A stretch of 63,922 nucleotides of DNA, filler included, from a bacterium (GTDB taxonomy: Bacteria; JAMORN01): assembly GCA_027063545.1 (NCBI GenBank). It is 14 parts of 14 records of this genome, joined end to end, with 100 filler letters (N's around TTAATTAATTAA, not from the genome) between each part and the next. Parts side by side here need not be neighbours in the genome. Positions count along the whole stretch, not along the records: positions 61,365 to 63,922 come from JAMORN010000334.1; 13 more parts are not named here. One strand, written 5' to 3'. Positions within the stretch are counted from its first letter, which is position 1. Each line of letters opens with the position of its first letter. Below, piece after piece: positions 62,080-63,922 of this stretch. The notes beneath the pieces are model-generated. The model saw only the letters and a program-made list of their open reading frames with translations. It was not told the origin of the DNA and ran no database searches. Both the position numbers and the translations under genes were made by a program.

Positions 62080-62700
62080 TCAATTTTGATTTTTTTTAAA
62101 AACCCAAACGCCTATAGTATTAAAATAAAAATCAAAAAATTTCTTTTCCTTGTATATAGAAAAATCTACTAAATTATATATACCACCATTTTTTAAAAAA
62201 TTTTTAAAATTATTGTAATGTTCTTTACCTGCAAATCTCTCTATTAAATGAATTGCAATTTTTCCTATTAATTTTGGCTTTAAGAAGCTATAATCAACAA
62301 TTATTAAAATACCATCCTTTTTTAAAATTCTTGTTGCTTCTTTTAATATTTCTTTAGCATTCTCCCATGGCATTTCATGTAAAGCAAAACTAATAATTGC
62401 CCCATCAAAGCTTTCTGCTTTAAACTTTGTATTCCTTGCATCCCTATTTATACAAAAATCTCCATATTTTTTACTCTCATTAAACATTGCTTTATCTAAT
62501 TCTATACCTACTAACTTTGTAAAAAAACCATCATTTTTTAGATAATAAAGCTGTTCTCCTGTTCCACAACACAAATCTATAACTTCTTTTACATTGTAGT
62601 ATTTGAATAATCGAACAACAAGTCTTCTTATTGATTTTAGAGGATAATGTAATAATGGATCATATATTTTAGCTATAATAGAATAATCATTTGTTGACAT
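62080..62700 (-). CDS. Class I SAM-dependent methyltransferase
   Basis: IDLCCGTG, DA, FD...ISFALHEM, RILK.DG...IVDY; GGAG RBS. Confidence 0.87.
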   Translation of the reverse strand: MSTNDYSIIAKIYDPLLHYPLKSIRRLVVRLFKYYNVKEVIDLCCGTGEQLYYLKNDGFFTKLVGIELDKAMFNESKKYGDFCINRDARNTKFKAESFDGAIISFALHEMPWENAKEILKEATRILKKDGILIIVDYSFLKPKLIGKIAIHLIERFAGKEHYNNFKNFLKNGGIYNLVDFSIYKEKKFFDFYFNTIGVWVFKKNQN

Positions 62701-62776
62701 ATTAATCTCCTAGTTAGTAAAAATATAATAATAAAAAAAACTAAATAAAATCAATTTTATTTTTTATTTTTTTCAT

Positions 62777-63295
62777 ATGGAAGAATTTTTATATATTGTT
62801 GATGAAAATAATAATATTATAGGTAAAGAAAAAAGAAGTATTGTTCATCAGAAAGGTTTAATTCATAGAGATATCCATATTTTAATATTCAATCAAAAAA
62901 ATAATGTTTTTCTCAAAAAAAGAAATTCTAAAATAAACTATCCTAATATGTGGGAATCTTCTGTTGCTGGTCATGTAAGTTATAATTTATCCTACTTAGA
63001 AGCCGCAAAAAAAGAGTTATGTGAAGAAATAATATTAAATAAAAAAGATTGTGAACATTTATTTTCAAAAATAAAATTTTATGGGATTTTTAAAAATTTT
63101 ATAAATCCTTTAGATAAACAATTTACAGGCTTATTCTTTATAAGAGATATAAATATAAAATTAAAGCCCCACCCTTCTGAAGCAGAAGAGGGAGCTTTTT
63201 TTGATATTGACTGGGCTTTAAGAAATTTAGATCTTACAAATGGCTCTATAATTAGCTTATCCCTGGCAAAAATATATCTAAATATTTATGGATAA
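62777..63295 (+). CDS. NUDIX hydrolase, IPP-isomerase-like subfamily
   Basis: H..GL.HR..H..IFN, WESSVAGHV, Nudix-like AAKKELCEEI. Confidence 0.82.
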   Translation: MEEFLYIVDENNNIIGKEKRSIVHQKGLIHRDIHILIFNQKNNVFLKKRNSKINYPNMWESSVAGHVSYNLSYLEAAKKELCEEIILNKKDCEHLFSKIKFYGIFKNFINPLDKQFTGLFFIRDINIKLKPHPSEAEEGAFFDIDWALRNLDLTNGSIISLSLAKIYLNIYG

Positions 63296-63922
63296 ATTTT
63301 TGCAAATCTTCCTGAGTACATAATTGCTGCAAATGTAGCCAAGGCATTCTCATAATACCGTCTTTCTCCTGAAACGTAGTAATCTCCATATGCATCTGTT
63401 AATAGCTTATTTTGTAGAGCATCTTCCCAAAATGTTTTCTGTTCTGTTGTTGCAGAATCAGCAACCATAAATAGAGTACCCCACATAGCAACACCTGTAG
63501 CATCAAATATAGGATTATCTGCATAATCTAAATAATAACTTCCATCTGAATAATAATATAATCCATCTTTATTATTCCATACAAAATTAACAGCATTTGT
63601 TAAATATTCTTCTACATAACTACCATCATACCATAACTTATAAGTAGCCATTCTCCATGGAACCCTTATAGCATCCTTATACATATCATATTTATAATTT
63701 ACAGGTGTTTTACCACTTTTTAAAATAGGTCTCCCATAAAAATCCATCCAATCTGGTTGGAGACCTTTATCATAAGAAACATATCTTTTCATTATATTAG
63801 TACATCCTTCTATTACTAAATCCCAATCATGCTGAGGTAAACCTTCATTTTGTTCAAATTCTTTAAATAACTCTAAGTTTGCAATTATAAAGTAAGAAGG
63901 ATTAACAACCCAATAGTCATCA
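63286..63922 (-). CDS. Glycoside hydrolase family 8 (5' part beyond window end)
   Basis: Frame open to window end: NPSYF, GLQPDW, YKDAIRVPWR, YY..AL. Confidence 0.82.
   Translation of the reverse strand, partial: DDYWVVNPSYFIIANLELFKEFEQNEGLPQHDWDLVIEGCTNIMKRYVSYDKGLQPDWMDFYGRPILKSGKTPVNYKYDMYKDAIRVPWRMATYKLWYDGSYVEEYLTNAVNFVWNNKDGLYYYSDGSYYLDYADNPIFDATGVAMWGTLFMVADSATTEQKTFWEDALQNKLLTDAYGDYYVSGERRYYENALATFAAIMYSGRFAKIYP

Overview
This very AT-rich bacterial window is not one locus. It holds 14 contigs joined by 13 identical 100-bp artificial linkers (N44-TTAATTAATTAA-N44), most likely from a fragmented metagenome bin, so gene adjacency is meaningful only within a contig. Most small contigs carry housekeeping genes: trpBA/chorismate mutase/aroF, era, folB/folK, nth, galE, obgE, rarA, queD, phoU, chemoreceptors and a pilB-like ATPase. 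Defence fragments include type III CRISPR csm5-csx1 and a DpnII-family restriction-modification pair. The 15.4-kb contig at 24912-40335 carries dnaK-dnaJ, hydG and a complete 13-gene Mbx/MBS-type Mrp-complex-I hybrid operon. Its catalytic subunit has CxxE/CxxE instead of the [NiFe] CxxC/CxxC ligands, and its last subunit is fused to a GltD-like flavoprotein. On the same contig, a GH5 mannanase-like gene is cut off from its type IX secretion C-terminal domain by one in-frame TAA. The second 15.4-kb contig carries mreBCD-mrdA-rodA-comF-carA and envelope genes. The contig at 55921-58545 looks viral (putative prohead protease, baseplate spike and coiled-coil genes). No rRNA, tRNA or CRISPR array is visible. 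All calls come from motif recognition by eye; no database searches were run.
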